From Octopus sinensis (taxonomy: Eukaryota), in NCBI RefSeq assembly GCF_006345805.1, contig NC_043000.1, positions 74,586,001-74,650,000 of the forward strand: a stretch of DNA of 64,000 bases, written 5' to 3'. Positions 51,680 to 63,968 of the stretch are shown one piece after another (position 1 is the first letter of the stretch; each line of letters opens with the position of its first letter). The notes beneath the pieces were generated by a model. That model saw nothing but the letters and a program-made list of their open reading frames with translations. It was not told the DNA's origin and did no database searches. The position numbers were made by a program, and so were the translations under genes.

Positions 51680-53310
51680 GGTTGGCAACGAGTACAGTGA
51701 AGAATTCCAGATAGAGGTAGGGGTCCACCAAGGTTCAGTCCTCAACCCCCTCCTATTTATCATAGTCCTCCAGGCAATAACAAGAATTCAAGACAGGATA
51801 CCACTGGGAGCTTCTCTAAGCTGACGACCCTGCTCTAATTGTTGAGTCACTATCAGAACTAGAGAAGTTTCAGGCATGGAAACAAGGATTAGAATCGAAG
51901 GCTTTAGAGTCAACCTAGTTAAAACCAAAGTCCTAATAAGTAGGAAGGCAGGCAAAAAACAAATTCCTTCAGGTAGATGGCCCTGCTCGATGTGTAGAAA
52001 AGGCATAGGTAGAAACTCTATAAGATTTACCCAGTGTAAGCTATGGACCCATATGAGGTGTAGCAATATCAAAGGAAAGCTAACTGGGAAGATAGTTTTT
52101 GTATGTGGCAGATGCTCTGGAGCAATAAACACTGAAAATGTGCAGAGACCAACTTCCGCAACATTCCAGGGAGATAAACTAGAAGTAGTTGATTGCTTCC
52201 TTGCCTAGGTGACCAAGTCAGTAGCGGGGGAGAGTGCACTGAAAGTGTAGCTGCTAGAATAAGAATAACTTGGGCAAAGTTCAGAGAGCTCTTACCTCTG
52301 CTGGTGACAAAGGGTCTCTCGCTCAGAGTAAAAGGCAGATGGTATGACGCATGTGTATAAACAGCCATGCTACATGGCAGTAAAACGGGCCATAATGAAG
52401 GAATGAAGCCAGTGTGCTCTGATGGATGTGTAATGTCAGTGTGCATACTCGACAGGGTGTAAGTACCTTGAGAGAAAAGTTGGATCTAAGAAGCATCAGA
52501 TGTGGTGTGCAAGAGAGGCAACTGCACTGGTATGGTCATGTGGTGAGAATGGATGTGGATAGCTGTGTGAAAAAGTGCCACACCCTAGCGGTTGAGGGAA
52601 CTTGTAGAAAAGGTAGACCTAGGAAGACATGGGATGAAGTGGTTAAGCATGACCTTCGAACGTCAGGCCACCAAGGCAATAACTACTGACCGAGACTTTT
52701 GGAAATATGCTGTGCTTGAGAAAACCTGGCAAGCCAAGTGAGACCATAACCTCATGGCCTATGCCAGTGGTGTAACCAAGCCACTTATGCATACCTTTCC
52801 TTCATTGGACACTAAACTCTGATTGCGAAGACCTGTTGAGGCAAGTGAAATCGAAATCAAATTCGATGACTGTGCTAGTGGAGCGCTAAGAGCACCATCT
52901 GATCATGATCGTTGCCAGAGCAGCCAACTGGCTTCCATGCCGGTGGCACGTAAAAAGCACTATTCGAGCGTGATCGTTACCTGTGCAGCCTATCTTCCCA
53001 GTTAGCTGTACCGGGCTCCAATCTTGATCTGTGAAAAAACATTCGAGTGAGGTCATTGCAAGTGCCACAGGACCGACTCCTGTGCAGGTGGCACGTAAAA
53101 AACACCATTTGAGCATGGCCGTTGCCAGTACTACCGGACTGGCCCTCTACACTTTCAGAGTGGTTGGTGTTAGGAAGGGCATCCAGCTGTAGAAACTCTG
53201 CCAGATCAAGATTGGAGCCTGGTACAGCCATCTGGTTCACCTGCCCTCAGTCAAATTGTCCAACACATGCTAGCATGAAAAGCGGACATTAAACGATGAT
53301 GATGATGACA
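51680..53310 (+). mobile_element. RTE RT C-terminus plus full 3' UTR
   Basis: Contains the PHD-like finger 'WPCSMCRKGIGRNSIRFTQCKLWTHMRC...VCGRC', the C-terminus and (GAT)n at about 53296-53308. Confidence 0.85.
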
Positions 53311-54310
53311 TACACACAACGACATACACGCACATACTCAAGCACGTGCTCGTACACACAATAAAATGAACACAACCTGACACACATCTCCACGTTCACA
53401 TACACGTACATACATACGCACATACACATATACACATGTACATACACACACACCAGCACAGATTCCCACTTATAGCTCTAACAAATAATACTCATACAGA
53501 TACGCACACAATTATACGCACATGGGCACACATACACACACGCACATACACGCACGTAAGCACACACACGCACGCACATTACGCCTACACAACTCCAACC
53601 CCCCCACACACACACGCAAATTCACATACACACCTATACATATACATACACACAATATATGCCTACACGCGCACACACATATATGTATACACATAGACAC
53701 GCGCACACAAAAACATGCGCACACATGCACACACACTCGAATGCACACACCTAACACTCACAACCATGGATACATGTATATACACCCACATACACTTTCA
53801 CACACGCACACATACACACACACACAACTACACGCACATACGACACGCACGCACATACATACACACATACACACAAATGAACCCACACATACATCCCATA
53901 CACACAGCACACAATTATACATACATGTGTACACACATACACATATACAAGCACACACACACATACACAAAGTAAAGCACAGTTTTTCGTCACACACACA
54001 AACTCTACGCATACACACACGTACACTACAAACAAAACACACACGCAATACATATACATACACGCACACACACACACACATACTTCAAACTACCAGTACC
54101 TCTCACTGACCATTCTTCCACATGGGTAGACACAAGAGCCACTCCTAATTCATTCTTCCTTGACCTTTAACAATACTGAGCCCTACCACACACATAGATT
54201 AACAGCCACAACCACACACACGCACACGCACACACGTGTTATCATTGCACACATACACACACGCACACGCAGACCTGCGCGCACACACATATCCACACTT
54301 ACACACACAT
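53310..54310. repeat. About 1-kb degenerate (CA)n/(CATA)n low-complexity tract
   Basis: Direct reading. Confidence 0.9.
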
Positions 54311-54369
54311 ACCTCCTCTTGCACTCTCCTGTCTTTCAAAGAACTTTTTCTTCACCCATTCCCTTCCGG

Positions 54370-54585
54370 TCATTCAAAATGTGACCGCATGTGTACTGTT
54401 GGCGATTTTTTTCCTCCGTCTTCCCTTCTTTGGATCTTTCCTTTTCCTATGTTTCTGATGAAGAGCTCCGTACAAAACGTTAAACCCTCCTTCTTTCCCT
54501 CCTTTCTTAGCGTCCAATAATACTATATTTGTTTCACGTCCTCGCGTTGTTGTATTTTCTCTTTGTGTTTTCATGTTTGGATTAA
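54370..54585 (+). mobile_element. Penelope-type terminal repeat fragment with a decayed hammerhead core
   Basis: GTTT-CTGATGA(54455)-AGAGCTCCGTAC-AAAA-CG-TT-AAAC: GAAA has changed to AAAA and stem II is broken. It ends in (TA)n. Confidence 0.5.
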
Positions 54586-54667
54586 CTATATATATATACA
54601 CACGCACACACAAATATAAATATATATCTTATCTATGAATCCTGCCAAATGCGAGTTTTCTTTTCAG

Positions 54668-57600
54668 GTTCATGATGCTACTAGGGCCAATACCTCCCAT
54701 TCCCTCAGGGTTGGCACCCTCAACGTTGGCACACTGAAAGGCAGAACTGGAGAGATCGTAGAATTGCTTGAACGGAGGTGTGTCGATATATGCTGTATTC
54801 AAGAAGTGAGGTGGAGAGGAGGTTCTGCTTGGTTCCTCACAGGTAAAGGACAGAGGTACAAGATTTTCTGGGCTGGGAATACTGATGGGGTCGGGGGTGT
54901 GGGTATATTTATCGCTGAAAAATGGGTAGATAAGGTAATCGAGGTAGTCAGACTATGTGACAGAATACTGAAGATTAGATTAGTGCTCCATCATAGTTTA
55001 GCAACTATTATATCGGCCTGTGCCCCTCAGCCAGGGCTACCCGATGGACAGAAAGACCGTTTCTATGACACCTCATTGACGAACGACAGGGACCTTCTCT
55101 TTGTGGCTGGTGACTTCAATGGGCATGTTGGACGATATGCTGGGGGCTTCCATGGCGTACATGGAGACTATGGTTATGGTTCCCGCAACGAGGAGGGAAC
55201 CAGGCTGCTGGAGTTCTGTGATGCGAATAGTCTTATGGTTTGCAACACTAACTTCAGGAAACCAACAAGCCACTTGGTCACCTACCGATCGGGCGGCATA
55301 CTAGCCAAATCGACTACATCCTTGCCAGAAAAAGGGAAAGATGATGGCTGCTTATAAATGCCAAAAACCTTCCCAGGCGAAGAATGTACCCCACAACATA
55401 GACTGGTAGTTAGTGACTTTAGGATCAGGACTAAGGAGGACGACTAAAAGTCGACCAACATGGAGAAGAAGGGTCTGGAAGCTTAAAGACCCTGCAAATG
55501 GACAGAGATTCAGAGACATGTTACTTGAAGCCTTTGACAAAATAGAAGGGTGTATAGCTACACATGGGGTAGAAGATAACTGGATGCTTCTAAGGGACAA
55601 CCTGCTGAAAGCCGCTGACCAGATCTGTGGCTGGTGCAAAGTCCCCTCAATACCCAAAATAACATGGTGGTGGAACAATATTGTTGACAGGGCTTTTAGA
55701 CAAAAGAAACAGGCTTGGAAGGAGTGGAAGAACGGTGGTAGCAGGGAAGTGTATCAGACTGCCAGAAGGGAAGCTAGGAGGCAGGTGTATTTAGCCAGAA
55801 GGGAAGCAGATAAGAAAAAATTTACCAATGTCTGCGCCGTGAGGATGAAAGACTTGAGGTATTTCGTGTTTGCAAGACAGTGTGTGTGAGAGAGAATCGT
55901 GACGTGGTAGGAGAGAAATGTGTTTCGCAAGGTGAGGTTCAATTGCGCTAAATGAGGATGCAAAGAGAGGTTTGAGACGCCACTATGAAAGGTTGCTGAA
56001 TGAGGCCATGAATGGGATTAAAGAGAGTCTGCCGTATGTCGACCCAACAGAGGGACCAGCAATCCGGTTGACAGTTCCTTTGAGTTAATGGCAATTACAA
56101 GCATGAAAACAAGGAAAGCCCCTGGCCCATCAGGAATTACTGTAGAGATGCTCAAAATATCTGGTAGTGCGGGCTATAGCCTAGTTACCCGTATAGTTAA
56201 CCAGGTGATACACGAAGGAGTCATACCCAATGACTGGTGTAGCAGCATAATAGTCAACTGCTACAAAGGTAAAGGTGACGCCTAGATACAAATAACTACA
56301 GGTGTATCAAGCTGCTGGATCAGGTAATGAAGGTCACGGAGAGGGTGTAGCCCAACTAATTAGAGAGAGAGTTAGCTTAGATGAGATGCAGTTGGGTTCG
56401 TGCCAGGGAAAAGTACTACTGATGCTATATTCCTGGTAAGACAGCTGCAGGAGAAATACCTAGCCAAAGATAAGCCCCTGTACCTGGCTTTTGTGTTGGA
56501 GAAAGGAAAGCATTCAACAGGGTTCCCCGATCCCTATCTGTGGTCAATGAGGAAACTAGGGATAGATGAATGGTTAGTGAGAGCTGTGCGAGCCATGTAC
56601 AGAGACGCTGCTTGTAAGGTGAGGGTTGGCATCGAGTACAGTGAAGAATTCTGGGTAGAGGTTTGGGTCCACAAGGTTCAGTCCTCAGTCCCCTCCTATT
56701 TATCAAGACCTCCAGGCAATAACGGAGGAATTCAAGACAGGATGCCCCGGGAGCTCCTCTATGCTGATGACCTGCTCTAATTGCTGAGTCACTATCAGAA
56801 CTGAAGAGAAGTTTCAGGTTGGGAAGCAAGGTTTAGAATCAAAGGGCCTTAGAATCAACCTAGCCAAAACCAAAGTCCTAATAGTAGGAAGGTATAGGGA
56901 CCAATCACACAAACGCCTTCAGGTAGATGGCCCTGCCTCGATTTGTAAAAAAGGCGTCGGTAGAAACTCTATAAGGTGCACCAAGTGTAAGCTATGGACA
57001 CATAAGAGGTGTAGCAAGGTCAAAAGAAGCTAACTAGGAAAATAGTTTTTATCAGGAGCAATAAACACTGAAAATGTGCAGAGACCAACTTCTACCACGT
57101 TCCAGGGAGAAAAATTAGAAGTAGTTGATAGCTTCCGCTACCTAGGTGACCAAGTCAGTAGCAGGGGTGGGTGTGCTGAAAGTATAACTGCTAGAGTAAG
57201 AATAGCCTGGGCAAAGTTTAGAGAGCACTTACCCCTGCTGGTGACAAGGCCTCTCGCTCAGAGTAAAAGGCAGACTGTATGATGCATGTGTACATACAGC
57301 CATGCTACATGGTAGTGAAACATGGGCTGTGACTGCTGAGGATATGCGTAAGCTCGCAAGAAATGAAGCCAGTATGCTCTGTTGGGTGTGTAATGTCAGT
57401 GTTCATAATCGGCAGTGTAAGTACCTTGAGAGAAAAGTTGGACCTAAGAAGCATCAGTTGTGGTGTGCAAGAGAGACGTTTGCGCTGGTATGGTCATGTG
57501 ACGAGAATGGCTGAAAATAATTGTGTGCAAAAGTGCCACACCCTAGCAGTTGAGGGAACCTGTGGAAGAGGTAGACCCAGGAAAACCTGGGACGAGGTGG

Positions 57601-57800
57601 TGAAGCACGACCTTCGAACTTTAGGTCTCACCAAGGAAATGACTAGAGACCAACCTATGGAAGTATGCTGTGCGTGAAAGACCCGGCAAGACTAGTGGGA
57701 ACATAACCTGTGGCCTACATACCTTTCTTCTTGGGACACAAAACTCCACTTGTGAAGACCCGTTGAGGCAATGAAAATCAAAATCAAAATCAAACCTAAT
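54668..57800 (+). mobile_element. Near-full-length RTE ORF2 (AP endonuclease, RT, PHD-like finger, C-terminus), frameshifted; the 3' UTR runs into the gap
   Basis: APE 'LRVGTLNVGTLKGR...CCIQEVRW...VAGDFNGHVG'; RT 'PGKSTTDAIFLVRQLQEKY', 'LLYADDL'; C-terminus 'GRGRPRKTWDEVVKHDL'. Confidence 0.92.
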
Positions 57801-57806
57801 CAATCT

Positions 57807-57906
57807 NNNNNNNNNNNNNNNNNNNNNNNNNNNNNNNNNNNNNNNNNNNNNNNNNNNNNNNNNNNNNNNNNNNNNNNNNNNNNNNNNNNNNNNNNNNNNN
57901 NNNNNN
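57807..57906. other. Assembly gap (100 N)
   Basis: Run of N. Confidence 1.
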
Positions 57907-58304
57907 TTATTATATGTATATATATATATTATATATATATATATATATATTAACTTACTTGGAGGAAACAAAACGACACGAGGGCGCTCAGTCATACAAT
58001 AGTGTAATAAATAAAATATATGCATACATACATATATATATGTACGTACCTACATCTACATGTATATATACATGCATATATAAATATATATACGTGAGTA
58101 CAGGACACCACAAATAGACGTAGAACTCAACGAGAAATGAAAACGTAAAAACAAACATGGAAACGGACCTTTTTTAACAACGAAAAAACAGAGTACAAAA
58201 CAAACAACACAAGGAAAATTCCCCTTCATCAGCTGTCCCTAGTACGACTCCATGCGTGTTTCGAAGGTGAGGACAGAACACGACTCGTCGAACTAAATAT
58301 ATAT

Positions 58305-58830
58305 ATGACTGAAGGCTGGCATGCCAGAAGGCTGCACCAGGCTCCAATCTGATCTGGCAAAGTTTTAACAGCTTGATGCCCTTCCTAAGGCCAACCACTC
58401 CAAGAGTGTAGTGGGTGTTTTCTACATGACCATGCTTTCTACATGCCACTTGGCATCAACCATGCTTGAATGGTGTTTTTTACAAGCCACTGGCACAGGA
58501 GCCAGTCAGGTGGCACTGGTAATGACCATGCTCGAATGGTGCTTTTTATGTGCTACTGGCATGGGGCCAATTACATAGTAATGGCATTGATCATGCTCGG
58601 ATTGTGCATTTTTACATGCCAATCAGGTGGCACTGTCATTAGCCATGACAATGACTTCACTTGCCTCAATAGGTTTTTGCAAGCACAATTCATTGCCCAA
58701 TGATTGAAGGGTACTCTTAAATGGGCTGGTTATGCTGTGCTGGCATAGGCCATGGTTATGGTCTCACTTAGCTTGCAGGGTCTTCTCAAGCACAGCATAT
58801 CTCCAAAGGTCGCAGTCACTTGTCATGCCT
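58305..58830 (-). mobile_element. RTE 3' UTR fragment
   Basis: Reverse complement of the family tail, including subrepeats and ...tcttctcaagcacagcatatctcc. Confidence 0.75.
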
Positions 58831-59139
58831 TGGTGAGGCTCCATCAAAGCAGAGAAAATTCAACTTGAATGGACAGCAGATTGTAGATCTCTGCCTGTGT
58901 GTGTTTGTGTCTGGGGCTGTTCCCGCTTGACAACAGATGTTAGTTTGTTTACATTTCAGCAAAAGAGACCCATAGAATAAGTCCAGGGGTCGCAGTCTAG
59001 TGATTAAAACAGGCAAAAGAATTAAAGTATATGTATATATTATTCAAACAAATTGACCCCAGGACTTATTTATATTTAGTGTCTGGTACTTATTCTGTCG
59101 GTCCCTTTCACTGAACTAAATCAACACTGGTTGTTTAGC

Positions 59140-60790
59140 GGTGTTGGAGTAGTATGTGTTTATTGCAGCTCCACACAACCAGCAGCAACCACTCTGTCTA
59201 CTCTGTGAAAAGACATTTACAAATGAAGCAATGAAACCCTAAAGGCTTCAAGAACATTTGAATAAAATGCATTCTGATGGAGCAGAAAAAAATTGGAATT
59301 ATTTTCAATCCATTAAAAATAATTTTCACATGAGAAAAACAATAGGAAGTTTTTTCCCCAGTTCATCCAGTTAGTCTAGTGATGGTTTGCGCACTTCTTA
59401 TAACTTCTCAATGCAAAGTCTGGCAAAACTCACACAATAGGGGAACAGCTAATCTAGCCAGCTGTAAAAGAAGTCCTGAAGACAGTGCTACACAAAGCAC
59501 CAGAGCCAATTATCCAAGGTATTCCTCTGAGTAATAGCTCTGTTCAGAGGAGGGTTGATGAAATGGTAGATGACGTTGAAGACCAACTCTGCACAATTCT
59601 GAAGAAAACAGAATTCAGCTTGCAGTTGGACGAGTCTACTTTGCCAGGCAGTGATTACCTCCTCCTCACATATGTTTGTTTTCTGAAAGAGGAAAGTTTA
59701 TGCCAAGAACTGCTCTTTGCCAAACTATTGGAAACTAAAACCAAGGGTTAATCCATTTTCAATGTGGTCAAGAGCCTATTGACAAAAAGGACATCCCACA
59801 GAATAATATTGTAGCCTGTAGACGTTATAGAGAGAAAGTGAAGGGAACGGAGGTAGACGCTGTGAAACGACGTTATAGAGAGAAAGTGAAGGAAAGGGAG
59901 GAAAGAGTGTGAGAGATGGAGAAAGACAGACACATAAAAGAATGAGAGGAGACTTGTCAAAGTGTGCGTTTTTAGCTCTAGAAATGACACCTTTTAAGAT
60001 GGGGATTTCTAACCTAGCCCACTCGCATCCTCACCTCATTTTACATGTCCCTGTAAATTTTGGAGTCGATCCGACAGGATCTAGTGGCCTTTAAGCCGTT
60101 CTCAATGCCAAAACCAGACAAACAAACTTTTCGCATTTCAGAATTATAATATAGAGATATAGAATACTTGTCTGACTTATTCACTAAATTCAATTAAGTG
60201 AATAAGCAGCTGTAAGGAGATGGTGTTAATCTCATCTAAGTTAAGTCAACTATCTCAGCATATTGGATGCAGGGAGTTTTTTTCCAGTTTCCTTGCTTGT
60301 CTGGTTTTGAAAAGGATGGAAAACCAGCACATGTGTATCTGCTTGTCTTTTGCTCCCACCTCACTGAACTGCACAAAGATATGGAGCGTCGATTTCATGA
60401 TCTGTTTGCTCTTCAAGTTCCTGACTGGATTATCAACCTCTTCATTGACATCGGTGAAGAAGAGAGTAGAGAGGAGCTGATAACTCTTCAAAATGATATT
60501 GAATTGAAGCCTAAATTCTGCAAGTGCTATCAAGATTTTGGCTCCAAAAGGCTATCCATGACTGCTATCCAGAGCTTTGGAAGAAAGTCAAATTGTTTTT
60601 CCTTGCCTTTCCAACGTCTTATTTGGTTCAGAGAGGATTCAGTGCGGTCACTTGCCTTCTTACAAAGCAACGGTGTAAGCTCCAAATTATGGAGCATGGT
60701 GATCTCAGGCTTATTTTTAGTACAATCGAGTGGCTACTTTCACTTCACCAAGCTCATCCTTCTCAATGAACTCCTCCCTAAAAGCCTACC
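59140..60790 (+). mobile_element. Decayed hAT transposase (Buster/Charlie, ZBED5/ZBED8-like), interrupted by a Helitron fragment
   Basis: Contains 'PLCLLCEKTF.NEAMKP', 'IPLSNSSVQRRVDEM..DVE.QL..FSLQLDEST...LL.YV...ELLF..LLET.TKG' and 'FLAFPTSYLV.RGFSAV'. Confidence 0.85.
59818..60157 (-). mobile_element. Helitron-like 5'-end fragment inserted in the hAT element
   Basis: It ends ...agacaaacaaac...aattataatatagagat, the same end type as 21200 and 39827. No CTAG end was found. Confidence 0.5.
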
Positions 60791-61199
60791 TGGATGGGCT
60801 GTTTTAGTGGTATACTAAATATGAAAGACTAAAGCCATAATATGGCTTATAATATTGCCTTTTTTATGCATTCCTTTGTTGCATGTATTTCTTTTCTTTT
60901 GTGGAAGACTCTTGTACCATTAACACTGCTGCATTACTAGTAATGAAGACCTGCACTTGCAACCACTCATTGACCACTGTATTTTGTGATTTCTATTTCA
61001 TGTAAAGTTGGGCATAGTTTTTAAAGGTCATAAATTACATGCTAACTCTACAGAAACTACCTTTCCGGGCAGCATACTACTGACACTTGCTCTCAGTATG
61101 TTTGCATATTTTGTTCTATTTTTCTCAATTTTTGTATTACAATGTTGGTTCCCTTTTTTCCTTACGCCTTACTGACTTGCCACAGGATAATTTGTGGGA

Positions 61200-61500
61200 T
61201 GGATCCATCTGTCAGCCAAGTCCATAGTGATGATTGTGCTGCCGCCTCCTTTAATTGGGTAGGTAAGGCAGTTTTCCTTTACCTGGTGGCTGTGGTGAAA
61301 GAGGTTGTCTGGTGGGATGAGGCTGATAGGAATGAGGACAGAGACATTCCTCTTTGGTAAAGCTCTCATCAACTTTTTCAAGTTTCACTTGGAAAGGAAA
61401 GTGATGGTGGAGAGGGATGTGCCATCCTCAAGTGAATTTATGAAAAGGTGAGTGAAAGTAGCAAAAATGGCAAGAGTAAACAATAACTCACTGCTCGCAT
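61200..61500 (+). mobile_element. Possible L1/Tx1-type LINE 3' coding remnant
   Basis: 'FNWVGKAVFLYLVAVVKEVVWW' and 'KFHLERKVMVER..SSSEF.KR.V.VAKMARVN' resemble Tx1-like ORF2 C-termini, from memory only. Confidence 0.4.
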
Positions 61501-61617
61501 GGACCTTGGTGTCCAAATCCTGAATTGAAAGACTTCGCCAGGTGGTGTTATTAAGTCAGACATGGCCTGGGCCAATACTGGCCAAAACCTTTCTAAGCTA
61601 TTATTTTAAGTTATATA

Positions 61618-61678
<61 letters not shown>

Positions 61679-62437
61679 CATACACGTATATATATAAAAT
61701 ACATATATATTTGTGTAACATATATATAAATATATACACATAATTTAGATACTTATTTTTATGTATTTATTATTTTATAATTATATGCGAACTAAAATCT
61801 AAAAATATTAGTGATTGTTTTGTTAAATAGTTTGGTAATTAAATATTGAAGTATAACTAGGTTAAAGATATTCTATAGTTTATTAATGTTTTTTAAGCTA
61901 AATTATATTTTCACAGATAAATACATTTTTCTATCTATTTACCCTATTTTTTTTACCTTAAATATTTAACATAATAAATGTATTGTAGGAAACTGATCCT
62001 AATGTTTTAAGTTTCAAATTTAGTTAATGGAGTTTATTGTATACGAAAAATTATTATTTCATTTATTTTTGAAATAAATATTAAGTCTATTAAGTTTATT
62101 TAACTATTATTGTTAACCTGAAGATTGACTATAATTTTAAATTGAATTCATTTCATTTAAATTTAATTGTAATTCGAATTTAATTATAGCCATGAAACAT
62201 ATGTAGTTTTTTTACTTATTATATATTGATTATTCATTTTGATACCTTTTGTGATCTAGTTAGATGTTTTATAAAAATATATTTTATTTGTTATTTAAGT
62301 TTTGGTTTATGTCTATCATTGTTTGAATTGCATAATAGTGGTTTTATCTCTAATTTATATTTTATATATTGTGAAATTGATTTAATACTAAATTGAATTT
62401 TTCCCTGTAAGTTTGGAGTTATACTCCCTAATATCAT

Positions 62438-62492
<55 letters not shown>

Positions 62493-62703
62493 GATATATA
62501 TATATTATATATATATACTAGCAGCCAAGCCCGTTTTCACCCAGTCAGTTTGGATGATGTGGCTGTGATTGTTTTCGGTTAGTTTTCGGACTCTACTACC
62601 TCATATGTTCTTAACATTTAAATCCACATCTTTCTCTATATATCTACCTTCTCTATAATGTTGCCACTTGATTTGAAAATTTTTGTATTAATGGGAAATC
62701 TCT

Positions 62704-62797
62704 ATATTTGGCTGATGAGTACTCAGCATCTTAAATCTGTTGTAATACTTACAACATTTAATAAAATGATGTAGTATGAAACGATCATACCAAATTA
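62704..62797 (+). ncRNA. Hammerhead motif, paralogue of 23231-23323 with a stem III mutation
   Basis: ATTTGG-CTGATGA(62712)-GTACT...AGTAT-GAAA-CGATCA-TA^-CCAAAT. The flanks are homologous to the reverse complement of 23200-23420. Confidence 0.6.
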
Positions 62798-62930
62798 CCG
62801 GAGTCATTCTTGTTGCTTATTTTGATTATAATCCCCCTACAGATTTTTATGGATAACACCATTCAAAATTCTGGTGCATCTAAATTAAGTACCATATTCA
62901 TTTGAATCTAAATTTTTGCTGAACTTATAT

Positions 62931-63968
62931 AATGTCCCATCCGTGTTTTTTGTATCGTCTTCTAAATGTTTTATTTTCTTGTCCCAGTTTGTATTTTTCT
63001 ACATATAATATATATAGCGGCGTCTGTACCCTCTTTGGCCTTATGTAAGTATATATATATATACTTACATAAGGCCAAAGAGGGTACAGATGCCACTATA
63101 TATATTATATGTAGAAAAATACAAACTGGGACAAGAACATAAAACATTTAGAAGACGATACAAAAAACACGGACGGGACATTCGAAGCCTTCAATCATCA
63201 AGAACCGGATCATCCTAGCAATTTCGGCTGATTAATCTTGAGATTGCTCCGATCCAGCCAGCCCCATGGAATAACTAAGCTACAAGCATTAGATTTCTTA
63301 GAAAAAGGATCAAATGTATACGAAACAGGGACAGAAAAACGGACGATGCCACACGAATATAAAATACAAAAAACAATAATAGTAAAAACAGGACAAAAAC
63401 AGCGGGTGTCTTACGACTAATAGACAGTACAACTTAGTTTAGCTGGTGTATTTTGGAAAAAAATGCCTTTTTCGGCAGACGAAGACAACAATGTTCTCAT
63501 GGCGCTGGTTAGAAGCTGAAAGGCTGGTTGACCAGCGGTCATGTGAGAGGAGAAGAGAGGAAAAAAAAGGGGGGCAAAGGAATCAAAGAGAGAGAGAAAA
63601 AGAGGGACGAAGGCACCAAAGGGGGGAGAAGAGAGAGAAAGAAGGAATTAAAGAGGGGAGAAGAAAGAGAGCATGCCAAGGATTGGCTTGGCGACAGAAT
63701 CAGTGAGTGCAAAGTGAGAAAGACAGAGAAATGTGAGAGAGTGGGGGAAGAGTAGACCAAAGAATCAGAGGCAAGAAAAGAGAAAATGAGGAGGAGAGTA
63801 GAGAGAGAGAGAGAGACAGATCAAAGTAGAGTGCAAAGTGTGAAAGGCAGAGAAATGTAGGAGAGAGAGAGACAGTGTTATAGAGTCGTACCAAATTTAA
63901 AGGAATATGTACTTACCTAAGGCCAAAGAGGGTACGGACGCCGCTATATATATTATATGTAGAAAAAA
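62931..63968. mobile_element. Penelope-type arrangement: inverted terminal copy, then an element with ~60-bp direct terminal repeats
   Basis: 62931-63182 is a fold-back centred on (TA)n at 63050-63062. The segment tacttac.taaggccaaagagggtac...tatgtagaaaaa at 63062-63120 recurs at 63910-63968. Confidence 0.7.

Noticed and set aside
58215-58275. Permuted (type II-like) hammerhead on the minus strand (GAAAC...CTGATGAAGG); similar candidate at about 63185-63225
   Set aside because: Stem I would have only 2 bp and stem II needs an extra unpaired A; the 63 kb copy lacks an intact CTGATGA. A family consensus is needed to judge.
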